Source of the DNA: a virus
Taxonomy: Duplodnaviria; Caudoviricetes
Length of the DNA: 61,834 nt
IMG/VR virus record: IMGVR_UViG_3300025000_000104
Location: 1 to 61,834 of that record
Reading direction: 5' to 3' (one strand)
Shown here: one piece after another, positions 8,587 to 19,353 of the stretch
How the letters are laid out: every line of letters starts with the position of its first letter
How positions within the stretch are numbered: the first letter of the stretch is position 1
The notes under the pieces: generated by a model
The model's database searches: none
Told to the model about the DNA's origin: nothing
What the model saw: only the letters and a program-made list of their open reading frames with translations
Made by a program: the position numbers and the translations under genes

Positions 8587-10336
8587 AAATTTTCAGTCAG
8601 ATAATAAAAAATATAAGACTAAAGAAAGTCGTACAAATATATATAATCCAGACTTTCAACCTACAGTTAAAGCTTTTGGAGATAAACAATCAGATAGTTT
8701 TACTAAAAATTTACCAAAATGGATTGATTTTATATCATGGGCTAGGTGGAATCCAGACTTATGGTACGATTTGATAACTCCAGAAACAGGAGGAATAAGA
8801 TTAGATTTAGATCAAAGAGTGTTTTTGAGGTCTATAGCTAGATTTGTATCGACATATGGTGTATTCCCAAGAGGATATGGAAAAACTTTTGTGGAGGATT
8901 TAGGTATATATCATGCTTGTGTTTTTCATCCAGATATTGAGATATCTCTTTCGGCCCAAACAAAAGAATCTGCTTCTAAATTGTTAGAAGATAAACATAG
9001 AGAAATTATAAAATTTTATCCCTTAATGGCAAATGAAATAACAAAATCGAGTTTTGCAAAAGATTCTGCTGAAGTAATTTTTACTTCAGGAGCTAGACTG
9101 GATAATCTTGCCAATGCTCAATCATCAAAAGGTCAAAGACGCAAAAGATTAAATATTGAAGAATCAAATTTATTGAATTCTGCACTCTATGAAGATGTTT
9201 TAGAACCAATTCCTAATGTACCTAGAAGAACAATAGGTAGATTAGCTCTAATAAATCCTGAAGAATTAAATGGTCAAATTAATTTTTTTACTACTTCTGG
9301 TTTTAGAGGTTCTACTGAATTTGATAGAAATTTAAGTCAATTAGACGAAATGGCTGAATTAAAAGGTAAAGTTTTAATAGGTTCTGATTGGCAACTAGCT
9401 TGTGAATATGGAAGAGGAGAAACTAAATCTCAAATTCTTAACAAAAAAGAAAAAGCATCACCAATATTCTTTGCAATGAATTATGAATCAAAATGGGTTG
9501 GAGCGACCAATGATGCACTTGTAGATATAAATAAATTATTAAAATTAAGGACTTTAACCAAACCAGAACTAAAATCAGACGGAAAATCAGATTATTATGT
9601 TTCAATGGATATTGCTCGTTCTCAAAAATCTAGTAATAATCAATCTTCAATAGCTGTTTTAAAAGCAAAACGCAATAAAGATGATAGAATTATATGTATT
9701 CAATTGGTTAATTTGGTAAATTTACCAACAGGGTTAAATTTTACATCTCAAGCAATTGAATTTAAACGAATGTTTAAAATATATAATGCAAAGGCAGGAA
9801 TTTTAGATAATAATGGATTAGGAAAAGGTTGTACAGATGAATTATTAAAAGAACATATAGATCCATTAACAGGAGAAATACTAGATTGTATGGATACGAT
9901 CAATACAGAGGATATCCCAGAAATTAAAGGTGCTAAAAAATGCCTATATGCATTACAATCACAAGGTATTAATTCTGATATCATAGTTAATTTTATTGAT
10001 ATGGTAGAAGGAGAAAAATTACAAATATTAGAAAAAGTGTCTAATAGTAATTATGATTTAAATGATAAGGATTATTTTAATAACACATTGATGCCATCCG
10101 TTAATACTGATTTATTTGTTGAGGAAGTTTCAAATTTAAAACTAAAACCAATAAGTGCTGGAAAGTTAAGTGTTGAACAATTAACAAAAAGAGTTGACAA
10201 AGATCGCTTTTCGGCTGTTTCATACGGTTTATGGTATATCAAAACATTTGAGGATAAAGTAAAAAGAGTTAATATGAATATCTCACCATCATCATACTTC
10301 GCAATAGCAAATAAATCAAGTCGTGCAAGATGCTAA
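8573..10336 (+). CDS. terL: Terminase large subunit
   Basis: Walker A PRGYGKT, Walker B LNIEES, nuclease SMDIAR and KDRFSA; start ATG 8573 after SD AAGGTG; no intein. Confidence 0.92.
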   Translation: MGSHKNFQSDNKKYKTKESRTNIYNPDFQPTVKAFGDKQSDSFTKNLPKWIDFISWARWNPDLWYDLITPETGGIRLDLDQRVFLRSIARFVSTYGVFPRGYGKTFVEDLGIYHACVFHPDIEISLSAQTKESASKLLEDKHREIIKFYPLMANEITKSSFAKDSAEVIFTSGARLDNLANAQSSKGQRRKRLNIEESNLLNSALYEDVLEPIPNVPRRTIGRLALINPEELNGQINFFTTSGFRGSTEFDRNLSQLDEMAELKGKVLIGSDWQLACEYGRGETKSQILNKKEKASPIFFAMNYESKWVGATNDALVDINKLLKLRTLTKPELKSDGKSDYYVSMDIARSQKSSNNQSSIAVLKAKRNKDDRIICIQLVNLVNLPTGLNFTSQAIEFKRMFKIYNAKAGILDNNGLGKGCTDELLKEHIDPLTGEILDCMDTINTEDIPEIKGAKKCLYALQSQGINSDIIVNFIDMVEGEKLQILEKVSNSNYDLNDKDYFNNTLMPSVNTDLFVEEVSNLKLKPISAGKLSVEQLTKRVDKDRFSAVSYGLWYIKTFEDKVKRVNMNISPSSYFAIANKSSRARC

Positions 10337-10390
10337 AACAAAAAAAATAATAAATAAAATTACAACAATAATTAGAAAGGAGGTCATTCC

Positions 10391-12007
10391 TTGTCAGACC
10401 AAAATAAAACTCCATCAAATCAATCATCTCCCCTCTCACCCAATCTATTCGCACTAAAAGAATTATGGGAACCATCTAAATCAAACAAATTTTCTCTCTC
10501 TCGCGTTGCATCATTTTTCTCTAATAAACTAAAAACAAAAAACTCCAAAAATATAACAATAGATAAAATTAAATTGTGGTTAGCAAATCCAATTAAATAT
10601 CAAACAGAAATATTAGATTTATCAGATACATTGTATGCTCCTGAAGGAATCTATAAAACTTTAGTAAATTTAACTTCAAATATGGCAACTTTAGATAACT
10701 ATCTTCAACCAACAAAATCTACAATGAGAAAACTTAATCTAGAACTGAAATCAAAAATAGAGTTTGATGAATTTGGTGATCCTATAGATCAAGAAGTTTT
10801 TGACAAAATTCTAAATAACTTTGAAAATGAATTTGATACAGTTAGAACTTATATTGAAAATATTGATATAAAAAAAACTGGAAGAAGGATTATTGAAAGT
10901 ATTGTTAGATATGGTGCATATTGTGGATTTGAAAAAAATGATGGAAATTTTCCTTATCTTTGGGATCTACCAATAAAGTATATTAGATTATTTTCTATAA
11001 AAAGTGGACAATACAAAGTGGAATTTAATTTCAAATATTTTGATGATTTATCAAGAGATAATGAATTAAGTGAATTTGCTTGGGGAGTATATCCTGCTGA
11101 ATTTAAGATTCTGTATGATAGATATAAAAAGAATCCAGACAAATTAAGATATCCAGAATGGCAACCTTTGCCTAATGAAAAAGTATGTTGCATTAAATTA
11201 GGTGGAGATAATGATACTTTCTTTTTGCCATTGTATAGCCAATTATTTACAGAGTTATTTTTGCTTAATGATTTAATTGATGAGGAAATAGAAAACTCGC
11301 GTGACGATAAAATTAAGATGTTGGCAGTTGAGTTCCCACATGATCCAGAGACCGGAATCCCATTAATCGAACCTGATCGTGTGCAAGAATGGGTTCAAGT
11401 TGTTGCAAATGGATGCTCCGAAAATGTGTGTGTAATTGGAGCACCTTATAAAATCAATGAGATTCCTTTTAAATCTATACAAAATGAAAAAACTTCATTA
11501 GCTGAATTTGCTAAGTCAATGGCTTATATGCAAGCAGGAGCTAATCCTTTGCTACTTGGTGGTTCAAGTACAAATTCATCAGTTGGTGTAACTCAAAATC
11601 TAGTATATATTCAATCCAATGTTTTTAGTATACTTGATAAAATTCAGAGTTGGTTTAATTATAGAATTAGCAATGTAAACTTAAGGAAAAAATACACATT
11701 TAAATTAAATATTTGGAAAATCACTTGGTATAATCAAAATGAACAGATTGAACAGGAATATAAATTGACTACAATAGGCGGGTCATTTTCTATACTTTCA
11801 AGCAAGGCAGGACACAACAGTAATGATTATTTAGCTAGTCTTGAGTATGAAAATTTAACAAAATCAAAAGAATCATGGATAACTCCTATTAATATGAACC
11901 AAAATTCTGGTAATCAAGACGATACTGGTGGTCGCCCAACTAAGGCAGATGGTGATTTAAGTGATGGTGGAGTGACTACTCGTGATAAGGAAAATAATAA
12001 ACGATAA
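10391..12007 (+). CDS. Portal protein
   Basis: Follows terL, 538 aa, C-terminal GGRP motif; SD AAAGGAGG. Confidence 0.8.
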   Translation: MSDQNKTPSNQSSPLSPNLFALKELWEPSKSNKFSLSRVASFFSNKLKTKNSKNITIDKIKLWLANPIKYQTEILDLSDTLYAPEGIYKTLVNLTSNMATLDNYLQPTKSTMRKLNLELKSKIEFDEFGDPIDQEVFDKILNNFENEFDTVRTYIENIDIKKTGRRIIESIVRYGAYCGFEKNDGNFPYLWDLPIKYIRLFSIKSGQYKVEFNFKYFDDLSRDNELSEFAWGVYPAEFKILYDRYKKNPDKLRYPEWQPLPNEKVCCIKLGGDNDTFFLPLYSQLFTELFLLNDLIDEEIENSRDDKIKMLAVEFPHDPETGIPLIEPDRVQEWVQVVANGCSENVCVIGAPYKINEIPFKSIQNEKTSLAEFAKSMAYMQAGANPLLLGGSSTNSSVGVTQNLVYIQSNVFSILDKIQSWFNYRISNVNLRKKYTFKLNIWKITWYNQNEQIEQEYKLTTIGGSFSILSSKAGHNSNDYLASLEYENLTKSKESWITPINMNQNSGNQDDTGGRPTKADGDLSDGGVTTRDKENNKR

Positions 12008-12014
12008 TAATTTT

Positions 12015-12096
12015 GTGGCTAGATCGACGGATCGAAAAGAAGTTTCCCTACTTCCTGCCACTTTATAATATATTAGGGATTTCTATATGAAGGGAG
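12015..12096 (+). ncRNA. Antisense-loop leader RNA C with two targets
   Basis: GTGGC-TA-[GATC-GACG-GATC]-GAAAA-[GAAGT-TTCCCT-ACTTC]-CT-GCCAC; loop complementary to AGGGA at 12075-12079 and 12091-12095 (SD). Confidence 0.75.
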
Positions 12097-12103
12097 ATAT
12101 AAT

Positions 12104-13501
12104 ATGAGCAATAAATTGGAAACAAAGGATGTTAGAATATATTTAAATTCATTTGGATATGAACTGGTTAGTAAAGAATACACAGGAAGTAAAGGAATAC
12201 TTATTATTAAAGATAGTAAAGGTTATTATTATACAATTGTTTGGAACTCATTTCGTGATGGTATAAGACCAAAATTTGTACATTCATCTAATCCATATTC
12301 CATACAAAACATAAAACTATTTTTAAAAAATTATAAGGCTAAATATAATTTAATATCTGATGAATATAAAAATGAAGATTATCATTTAATTTTATGTGAC
12401 ATTGATGGATATTATTACAATTTAACTTGGAGGACATTACATAAAAATATTGATAGCAATCATGCTTTTGTTAGTGAGAAAAATATTTATTCAACTCAAA
12501 ATATTAAATTATTCTTAAACAAAAACAGTCTTGATTTAATACTATTAAATGAATTTAAAAACAATAAAGATAAATTAATTTTAGTAGACAAATATGGATA
12601 TAGATATACAAGAACTTGGTCAGATTTAAAAAGATTAAGTAATTTTCACATAGCAGATGATGGTAATTATTATTCTATACAAAACATAAAATTGTGGTGT
12701 AAATTAAATAATAAACCATTTGAATTAATAAGTACAGAATATAAAAATAATCGTGAAAAACTCCAATGGAGATGTCTAAAAGAAGTTTGTAAAGAAGAAT
12801 TTTATCAATCATGGGATAATATTTCAAGTGGCTATGGTAGCGGTTGTTCATATTGTGCTGGAAAACAAGTAGGATTATCAAACTGTCTCGCAACAAGAAA
12901 TCCAGAAATTGCTCTTCAATGGCATCCGACCAAAAATGGAAATTTAACACCTTGGAATGTGACTTATGGTAGTGAAAAAGAAGTATGGTGGGTATGTGAA
13001 GAGTGCAGTCACGAATGGAGTGTAACGCCAAATAATAGAACTTTTAACAATAGTGGATGCCCAGAATGTAATAAACCTAAAGGAGAAAAAGAATGCAAAA
13101 GAATTTTTCTTTTTAAAGGATTTATTGAAATTTCCCAAGATGATTATGATAAGTTATCAGAAATAAATAAAAATATTAATACATATTTCATACCTCAAAA
13201 AACATTTGAAGGATTAGTAGGTTTAGGTGGAGGTCTATTATCTTATGACTTTTATGTGCCAAAATATAATTTTCTTATAGAATATCAGGGTGAATACCAC
13301 GATCATGCAATATTAAATTATAAAGGAGAACCTTTAGAATTAGCTGAAGCAAGATTAGTAAAACAACAAGAACATGATAGACGTAAGAAAGAATATGCAG
13401 AGCAAAATAGATATAATTTTCTAGAAATTTGGTATAAAAACTTCAATAAAATCGAATCTATCCTAGAAAAAGAATTAAACATATTATCTAAAGTATCTTA
13501 A
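12104..13501 (+). CDS. Putative homing endonuclease with zinc-ribbon (treble-clef-like) domain and C-terminal PD-(D/E)xK nuclease
   Basis: Three YSIQNIK repeats; CSYC...PEIALQWHPTKN...VWWVCEECSHEW...GCPEC; SYDFY...LIEYQGEYH...LEIWY. Confidence 0.75.
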   Translation: MSNKLETKDVRIYLNSFGYELVSKEYTGSKGILIIKDSKGYYYTIVWNSFRDGIRPKFVHSSNPYSIQNIKLFLKNYKAKYNLISDEYKNEDYHLILCDIDGYYYNLTWRTLHKNIDSNHAFVSEKNIYSTQNIKLFLNKNSLDLILLNEFKNNKDKLILVDKYGYRYTRTWSDLKRLSNFHIADDGNYYSIQNIKLWCKLNNKPFELISTEYKNNREKLQWRCLKEVCKEEFYQSWDNISSGYGSGCSYCAGKQVGLSNCLATRNPEIALQWHPTKNGNLTPWNVTYGSEKEVWWVCEECSHEWSVTPNNRTFNNSGCPECNKPKGEKECKRIFLFKGFIEISQDDYDKLSEINKNINTYFIPQKTFEGLVGLGGGLLSYDFYVPKYNFLIEYQGEYHDHAILNYKGEPLELAEARLVKQQEHDRRKKEYAEQNRYNFLEIWYKNFNKIESILEKELNILSKVS

Positions 13502-13530
13502 CTCAGAAATAAATAAAACACAAAAAGTAG

Positions 13531-13725
13531 GTGAATAAGATTTTCATATATTGTTTTGATGAACAAGAAAAAATAAAACTTCAATCACAACAATTAAAAC
13601 TTTTCCAAGAAACTCACATTGACAATAAACAATGTTGGGTTTTTGCTATTGATACCAACAATAAATTTAATTTTAATCAAATTGATAAGAGTAAATGCGT
13701 TGTTAGTAATAGAATAATGTTTTAG
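13531..13725 (+). CDS. Small hypothetical protein
   Basis: Co-oriented ORF filling the gap before the protease gene. Confidence 0.55.
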   Translation: MNKIFIYCFDEQEKIKLQSQQLKLFQETHIDNKQCWVFAIDTNNKFNFNQIDKSKCVVSNRIMF

Positions 13726-13752
13726 TTTAATTAACAGAAAGGTGGTGAAAAA

Positions 13753-15693
13753 TTGGATAAAAAAGTACGTCATAATTTTAAAGTAAAGTTTAATAATGAT
13801 TTTAAAAAAGTAAAAAACTCTGAATTTGTCGAAGGAACTGCATTAATAGCTTATAGTGGAGATAATAGAAATTCATCTGACATTACAGAGTTAGCATTTA
13901 CTGATGCTTTACCATCATTAGGTCTTGTTCCTTTAGTTGGGCATTGGTTGTCTGAAAAACAAAATTTTGGTGGACACGATGTAACAATTGAATTTATAGG
14001 AAATCAATTAGTATTAAAAGACAATACTGTGCCTTATGGTGTAGTAAAAGAAAATAATAATGCTGAATGGGTTGAGATTGAAGATAATGGAGTAATACAT
14101 AATTATCTAAAAGCAGAAGTTGTTCTTTGGTATGGCAGATATCCAGAACCAGTACAAAAAGTAATTGATGATGGAATTAATCAATCAATGGAAATAAATA
14201 TTCAATCATATTCTGAAAAGGAAAATGGTAATTTTCAAATTGATAAATTCGAGTTTTCTGCACTTTGCTTACTTGGGAAAGACAAAGATGAATTTGGTAA
14301 TATAGGAGATCAAAATGTCGAACCTTGTTTTGAGAGTTCATCTGTAACTATTAATAAATTTACAGTAAACAGTGAATTTAAAGAAAAATTTAATCAATTA
14401 CTTTTTGCTTTAAATCCTTCCTTCAAAATATCATCTTACTTCATTTCTCACGAACAAGCAGATAAACTAGTTCAAAAAGCAAATACAATATTTACACAAT
14501 TGGGTTTTGAATGTTCAGAGTATATTGTAGATGGTAAAGAATATGAAATTACTGGTATTATAAACAAAACTCTAAATGAAGAAGCAACTAAGGCATGGGG
14601 TTTTGATATTTATGATAAAGATACAATTACTATTCATTCCTTAGATTTTGAAACAATTGATACATCTTCTGTCAGTATAAGTTCTGTTGAATTGTTGATG
14701 AATAAGAATATTAATACAAGTCAACAGCATTTTACTTTGAAAATAAATAATACCCTGAAAGGGGGTGAAACAGAAGAAATGAAAAATGAAGGAGGTAGTC
14801 AAGTGGAAGAAAAATTAATTATATTGGGAAAATACAATATTACTATTGAAGAGTTATCTTTTGATATTGAAGAACTTTCAGTAGAAGAATTAGAAGAAAA
14901 ACTACAAGAATTTTCTAATGAAGAAAATAAAGTTGCATCTACATTTTCTGCAACATATCGTCAAAAAAGAGATGCTTTATCAAATGCGTTAGATCCAAAA
15001 ATTGAAAGAGATGTTGATGGAAACCTAACATATGAGGAATATTTATGGGTTGAAGATTTTGATGATACATACGTTTATGTAGAGAAAAGCATCTGGACAG
15101 CAAGTGACCATGAACGTAAGTATGGTAGATTTACTTATACATTTGATGAAACTACTATAACTGCAACAATATCTGGTGAATTTGAAGAGATGCTTTTAGT
15201 GTGGTTGACATTAGAAGAAAACCAAAAACTTCAAGATGAAAGAAATACTGCTACAGTGGTCTCGGAAGAATTCGAAACACTCAAATCTAAAGTAACAGAA
15301 TATGAAACAAACATCTCTACTCTAACTGAGCAATTCAACACTCTCAAATCAGAAAATGAAACTCTCACTCAATCTAATCAATCTCTAGCAGAATTTAAAT
15401 CAAATATCGAAACTGCACAGCAAGAAGCATTTGAGCAAAAACAATTACAGCTTAAAACAGAACTAATTGAAAACTTCTCTAAGGTGTTAACGGAAGAAGA
15501 AGTAAAATCTGTACAAGACAAAGACATTTCTATTGATGAAATGGAAAAAGAATTTAAACTTCTTTATGCAGATAAAGATTTGCAAGTAAAATTCAATAAA
15601 AAACAAAAGAAAACAGAAGTTGAAACAGAAATTCCATTAAATAGTTTTACTTGTAAGAAAAAAGATGATTGGACATCTTGTATTAAAAAGTAA
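13753..15693 (+). CDS. Prohead protease/scaffold (YonD-like)
   Basis: Between portal and capsid; GDNRN, QSMEI, FSALCLLG..VEPCFE protease-like N-terminus; coiled-coil acidic C-terminus. Confidence 0.75.
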   Translation: MDKKVRHNFKVKFNNDFKKVKNSEFVEGTALIAYSGDNRNSSDITELAFTDALPSLGLVPLVGHWLSEKQNFGGHDVTIEFIGNQLVLKDNTVPYGVVKENNNAEWVEIEDNGVIHNYLKAEVVLWYGRYPEPVQKVIDDGINQSMEINIQSYSEKENGNFQIDKFEFSALCLLGKDKDEFGNIGDQNVEPCFESSSVTINKFTVNSEFKEKFNQLLFALNPSFKISSYFISHEQADKLVQKANTIFTQLGFECSEYIVDGKEYEITGIINKTLNEEATKAWGFDIYDKDTITIHSLDFETIDTSSVSISSVELLMNKNINTSQQHFTLKINNTLKGGETEEMKNEGGSQVEEKLIILGKYNITIEELSFDIEELSVEELEEKLQEFSNEENKVASTFSATYRQKRDALSNALDPKIERDVDGNLTYEEYLWVEDFDDTYVYVEKSIWTASDHERKYGRFTYTFDETTITATISGEFEEMLLVWLTLEENQKLQDERNTATVVSEEFETLKSKVTEYETNISTLTEQFNTLKSENETLTQSNQSLAEFKSNIETAQQEAFEQKQLQLKTELIENFSKVLTEEEVKSVQDKDISIDEMEKEFKLLYADKDLQVKFNKKQKKTEVETEIPLNSFTCKKKDDWTSCIKK

Positions 15694-15735
15694 AAATAAA
15701 AAATAATTAAATTAATTAGAAGGAGGAAATAAACA

Positions 15736-16287
15736 ATGGCTAATGTAAATAATGTAGTAACTGGTAGATATGGAATTGTGAATCTTCGTAAAGTGGCAGG
15801 GGTTAAAACAGGTGAACACAACATTCAATATGCTTTGAATGCAACTGATTTTGCTGCTACAGCTTGTCAAAATGGATTTCTTTTGGTAGAAAACAACTAT
15901 GGAAAAACTCTTGACCTTCCTGGTGCTGCAACTGATCGAGTTGGTTTGGTAGCATGTGTAGAAAAAATGTATGATGAAAGTGATATGTCTCTTGGTAATT
16001 TCCGTTTAAATATTGGTGAATTTTTACCTCGTATTTATCGTTTTCATATGTATGATGCATTTGATACAAATAACTTTAAATATGATGATGGGGATTATGC
16101 AAACTATGCTGCAATTGTTGCTGCTATTACCGCAGGTACTACTGTATATGCTTATCCATCTACTAATGGTCAAATTGAACTAGAACCTATCCAAAATGCT
16201 GGTGCTGCAATTGAATTGCAAGCAACTAGAGTTGTAACTTTGCCCGCCGGAGAATCCGCGCTTTGTTTCACTTGCACAAAAGCTTAA
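15736..16287 (+). CDS. Capsid decoration/cement protein (YonC-like position)
   Basis: Directly upstream of the major capsid gene; strong SD AGGAGG. Confidence 0.6.
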   Translation: MANVNNVVTGRYGIVNLRKVAGVKTGEHNIQYALNATDFAATACQNGFLLVENNYGKTLDLPGAATDRVGLVACVEKMYDESDMSLGNFRLNIGEFLPRIYRFHMYDAFDTNNFKYDDGDYANYAAIVAAITAGTTVYAYPSTNGQIELEPIQNAGAAIELQATRVVTLPAGESALCFTCTKA

Positions 16288-16363
16288 TAAAAATAAATAA
16301 ATAAATAAATAAAATATTTTTTATAATATCAAATTAATAATTAGAAGGAGGAATTAGATTAAC

Positions 16364-17365
16364 ATGGAAAAAAAATATTTCGAACTTGCAAAACAAGCAT
16401 ATAATCGTAAAGATACTGTAGAGAACGGGGTTACATATACTTCTGATGAAAAGAATAGTGCGTTAAGAGATGCTTTTAAAGAATTAGTTCCTGATGGTAA
16501 GAATCGGTATAAAAGCTTCCGTCAAAATAAGATTGAAATCTTTGAACTTGTTGAAGAAAATGTAGACGAAATCCTTCCTAAGAGAGTTGATGATGCTTAC
16601 GGTGGTTTTGTTGAGTATCAAATTCTTGACCAAGGACAAAAACCCAAGTTTAAAACCAAAAAGGGCAAACGTGGATTGCTCAATTTCATTACAAAAGTTG
16701 GTTTGGGTGGAGTAATTGAAAGAACAAGACTTGATGTAGATTATATCAATATGACTATGGAAGCTTATGGTGGTGCAGTTTATGTCGAATTTGAGCGTTT
16801 CTTGGATGGTGTCGTAGATTGGACTGATTTAGTTAATGCTATTATTGATGGCATTATGGAAAAAATTAATCTTCAAATTCAAACTACTTTAATTGCTTCA
16901 TTTACTGGTTTATCTGCTAACATGAAAGTTCAAGCAAATGCTTTTGTTCCAAGTCAAATGGGTCAATTAATTACTAACGTTCAATCCTATGGAGACAATG
17001 TTGTAATTTTCTGTACTCCTACATTTGCAGGAACAATTGAAGAAACTCCTGGTTTTATAACAGATATGGACAAAACTGAACGCAGAGAATTTGGTAGAAT
17101 TGGTAAATTTAGAGGTGCAAGTGTAATTGTGTTGCCTAATGCCTTTGCCGATGATACTAATACAAGTAAAGTGTTAAGTGATCAATATGCGATTGTAATT
17201 GCAACGAATGAGACAAAAATTGTAAAAGTTGCATTTGAAGGAGATACCATTGTAAGAGACAATGAAAATGCTGATATGAGTATTGATTTCGAATCATATC
17301 GCAAATTTGGTATCGCTATTGTTTACAGTAATTATTATTCTATGTTTCGTAATACCTCGCTCTAA
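16364..17365 (+). CDS. Major capsid protein
   Basis: 333 aa, position after protease and decoration genes, strong SD, G..GKFRGASVIVLPN motif. Confidence 0.85.
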   Translation: MEKKYFELAKQAYNRKDTVENGVTYTSDEKNSALRDAFKELVPDGKNRYKSFRQNKIEIFELVEENVDEILPKRVDDAYGGFVEYQILDQGQKPKFKTKKGKRGLLNFITKVGLGGVIERTRLDVDYINMTMEAYGGAVYVEFERFLDGVVDWTDLVNAIIDGIMEKINLQIQTTLIASFTGLSANMKVQANAFVPSQMGQLITNVQSYGDNVVIFCTPTFAGTIEETPGFITDMDKTERREFGRIGKFRGASVIVLPNAFADDTNTSKVLSDQYAIVIATNETKIVKVAFEGDTIVRDNENADMSIDFESYRKFGIAIVYSNYYSMFRNTSL

Positions 17366-17375
17366 GGATTATTTT

Positions 17376-17477
17376 AAAGCAAAGATAGGATAAATAGCGC
17401 AATTTGTCTTAAAAGAGGGTATCCTTTCTACCCTCTTCTTTGTTTTATTTAAATTTGAAAGGTTTTCATAGAAAGGA
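17376..17477 (+). ncRNA. Antisense-loop leader RNA D with two targets
   Basis: AAAGCAAAGA/TCTTTGTTTT outer stem; hairpin with AGCGCA loop; AAAA; GAGGGTA-TCCTTTC-TACCCTC; loop complementary to GAAAGG 17457-17462 and GAAAGGA 17471-17477 (SD). Confidence 0.75.
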
Positions 17478-17484
17478 TGATAAA

Positions 17485-18306
17485 TTGGAACAAATAGAAT
17501 CTAAAATTATTACAAACAACATGAAATATTCAGGTATTTATCTAATTATAAATTTAGTAAATAATAAATTTTATGTTGGTAGTGCCAAAAATTTATGGTC
17601 ACGTAAATTAAGTCACTATAGAGATTTAAGGAATAATAAACATAAAAACACTTATTTACAACACTCTTATAATAAATATGGTTCACAAAATTTTATAATA
17701 GTATTATTAGAAAAAGTAGAGTCTAAAAATGATTTAACTAAATGTGAACAGCATTGGATAGATACATTGGATGCTTGTAATAAGGATATTGCTTATAATA
17801 TATGCCCTACTGCCGAAAGTAAATTAGGTCTCCATCATTCCGAAGAAACTAAAAGCAAAATGAGTAAATCAATGAAGGGGATTAAGCGTACAGACGAAGG
17901 TAAGAAAAATATGAGTATATCTAAAAGCAAAACTATAGTTCAATGTGCAATTGACGGTATGTTTATTAAAGAATGGGAAAGTGCTAATTATGCTTCTAAA
18001 ATATTAAACTTATCACAAACAAATATATCTGGAGCATGTGTCCATAAACACGAATATGCTCATAATTTTCTATGGTTTTTTAAATCAGAATATGAAGAAA
18101 AAGATTTTAATATTAATAAATACATACCAACTATTGGTAAAAAGATTAATCAATTTGATTTAGATGGTAAATTGATTAAAACATGGGACACCTACAAGGA
18201 TATAAGAATAGACCATAAATTTAGAACAACTTATATTCTTGGTTGTTGTGAAGGAATATATAAAAGTCATAAAGGTTTCACATGGAAATATGCTCAAACG
18301 GCATAA
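17485..18306 (+). CDS. GIY-YIG homing endonuclease with NUMOD3/NUMOD1-type motifs
   Basis: SGIYLIINLVNNKFYVGSA; HSEETKSKMS; QFDLDGKLIKTW; start TTG 17485 after SD GAAAGGA. Confidence 0.88.
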   Translation: MEQIESKIITNNMKYSGIYLIINLVNNKFYVGSAKNLWSRKLSHYRDLRNNKHKNTYLQHSYNKYGSQNFIIVLLEKVESKNDLTKCEQHWIDTLDACNKDIAYNICPTAESKLGLHHSEETKSKMSKSMKGIKRTDEGKKNMSISKSKTIVQCAIDGMFIKEWESANYASKILNLSQTNISGACVHKHEYAHNFLWFFKSEYEEKDFNINKYIPTIGKKINQFDLDGKLIKTWDTYKDIRIDHKFRTTYILGCCEGIYKSHKGFTWKYAQTA

Positions 18307-18362
18307 TACCTAAGATAAATACAATATAACACTAAAATAAATAAAAAGGAATTGAAAACAAT

Positions 18363-18863
18363 ATGGCAACTCAACCAAAAACACAACCATTAGACGCAGA
18401 TACGAAAGTAAGAATAATCAACAATTCTAATAGTAAAATTCATTGGATTCAATTAAATGGTAGACCTATTACCTTGTTAAAAATAGGAACACCCTCAACT
18501 TTACCATTTATTGAATTAGAAAATATGGCTTATACTAGCGATTTAATACAAACTGGAGATATTTATGTTCAAGACAAGAATGTATTTGATGCATTAGGAC
18601 TTAATGTAAAGTACGAAGATATTAAACTTCATACTCAATTAAAGACGATGTTAGCAAATCTAAGTTCTGAAGAGTTAAAAGAAGAAATAGAAAAATTACC
18701 TAATGGTAATAAAGAATTGTTGGCAGAATTGGCTGTTGAAAATTACAATGATTTAAAAGGGTCTGTAGTTGATACAATTGAAGATGGCACAAAGGTAAAA
18801 GTAACATTAATCAAAGAAGATGAGAAAGCAAATAAACAAAATCAACAAAAGAATGATAAATAA
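18363..18863 (+). CDS. Hypothetical head-associated protein (YonA-like position)
   Basis: Synteny after the capsid gene. Confidence 0.55.
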   Translation: MATQPKTQPLDADTKVRIINNSNSKIHWIQLNGRPITLLKIGTPSTLPFIELENMAYTSDLIQTGDIYVQDKNVFDALGLNVKYEDIKLHTQLKTMLANLSSEELKEEIEKLPNGNKELLAELAVENYNDLKGSVVDTIEDGTKVKVTLIKEDEKANKQNQQKNDK

Positions 18864-18877
18864 AGGATGTGAATTAA

Positions 18878-19315
18878 TTGGGAACATCCTATGACTTAAT
18901 TTTTCCTAAATTCATGCATGAAATAAATGATTTTGATTTAACATCTTTAACTGAGGAACAAATGTTTGTAGAAAATAAATTAACCCTATCTAAAGCAGTA
19001 ACATTATTTAAAAAATGTAAACAAAATTTAGTTAGAGATGATATTACTGAAACATTCACAAACACATTAACTGAAGAAGAAATGTGGATTCTTGCGGATT
19101 ATATGCGAAAAGTTTGGTTAGATGAGAAAATTAATAATGGTGAATTATTGAAATTGAGATTAACAGACAAAGATTTTAAAACATTTAGTCCTGCTGATCA
19201 ATTAGGAACTATGAATAAAATAAAGTCATCTTATGATAAAGAGTTAAAATTAAAGGTTAATGATTATCTATATGATGGATATTTGTATTCTAAGTTTTAT
19301 AAGTCTGGAAGTTAA
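18878..19315 (+). CDS. Head-tail adaptor protein
   Basis: Helical 145-aa protein with LTEEEMWILA and DKDFKTFSPA; position in the head-tail module. Confidence 0.6.
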   Translation: MGTSYDLIFPKFMHEINDFDLTSLTEEQMFVENKLTLSKAVTLFKKCKQNLVRDDITETFTNTLTEEEMWILADYMRKVWLDEKINNGELLKLRLTDKDFKTFSPADQLGTMNKIKSSYDKELKLKVNDYLYDGYLYSKFYKSGS

Positions 19316-19353
19316 TATTATAGAAGAGATATTTAATATAAGGAGGTTAGAAA

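Noticed and set aside
12015-12061. Hammerhead ribozyme reading of the three-way junction leaders (GAAA linker)
   Set aside because: The CUGANGA core is absent; the junction has only UA.
8573-17365. Introns or inteins in terminase, portal or capsid genes
   Set aside because: The ORFs are continuous, of normal size and lack intein motifs; the endonucleases are intergenic.
17440-17484. ORF-track start of the GIY-YIG gene (likewise 40645, 53131, 8552, 39145)
   Set aside because: Better SD-supported in-frame starts lie downstream (17485, 40660, 53140, 8573, 39169).
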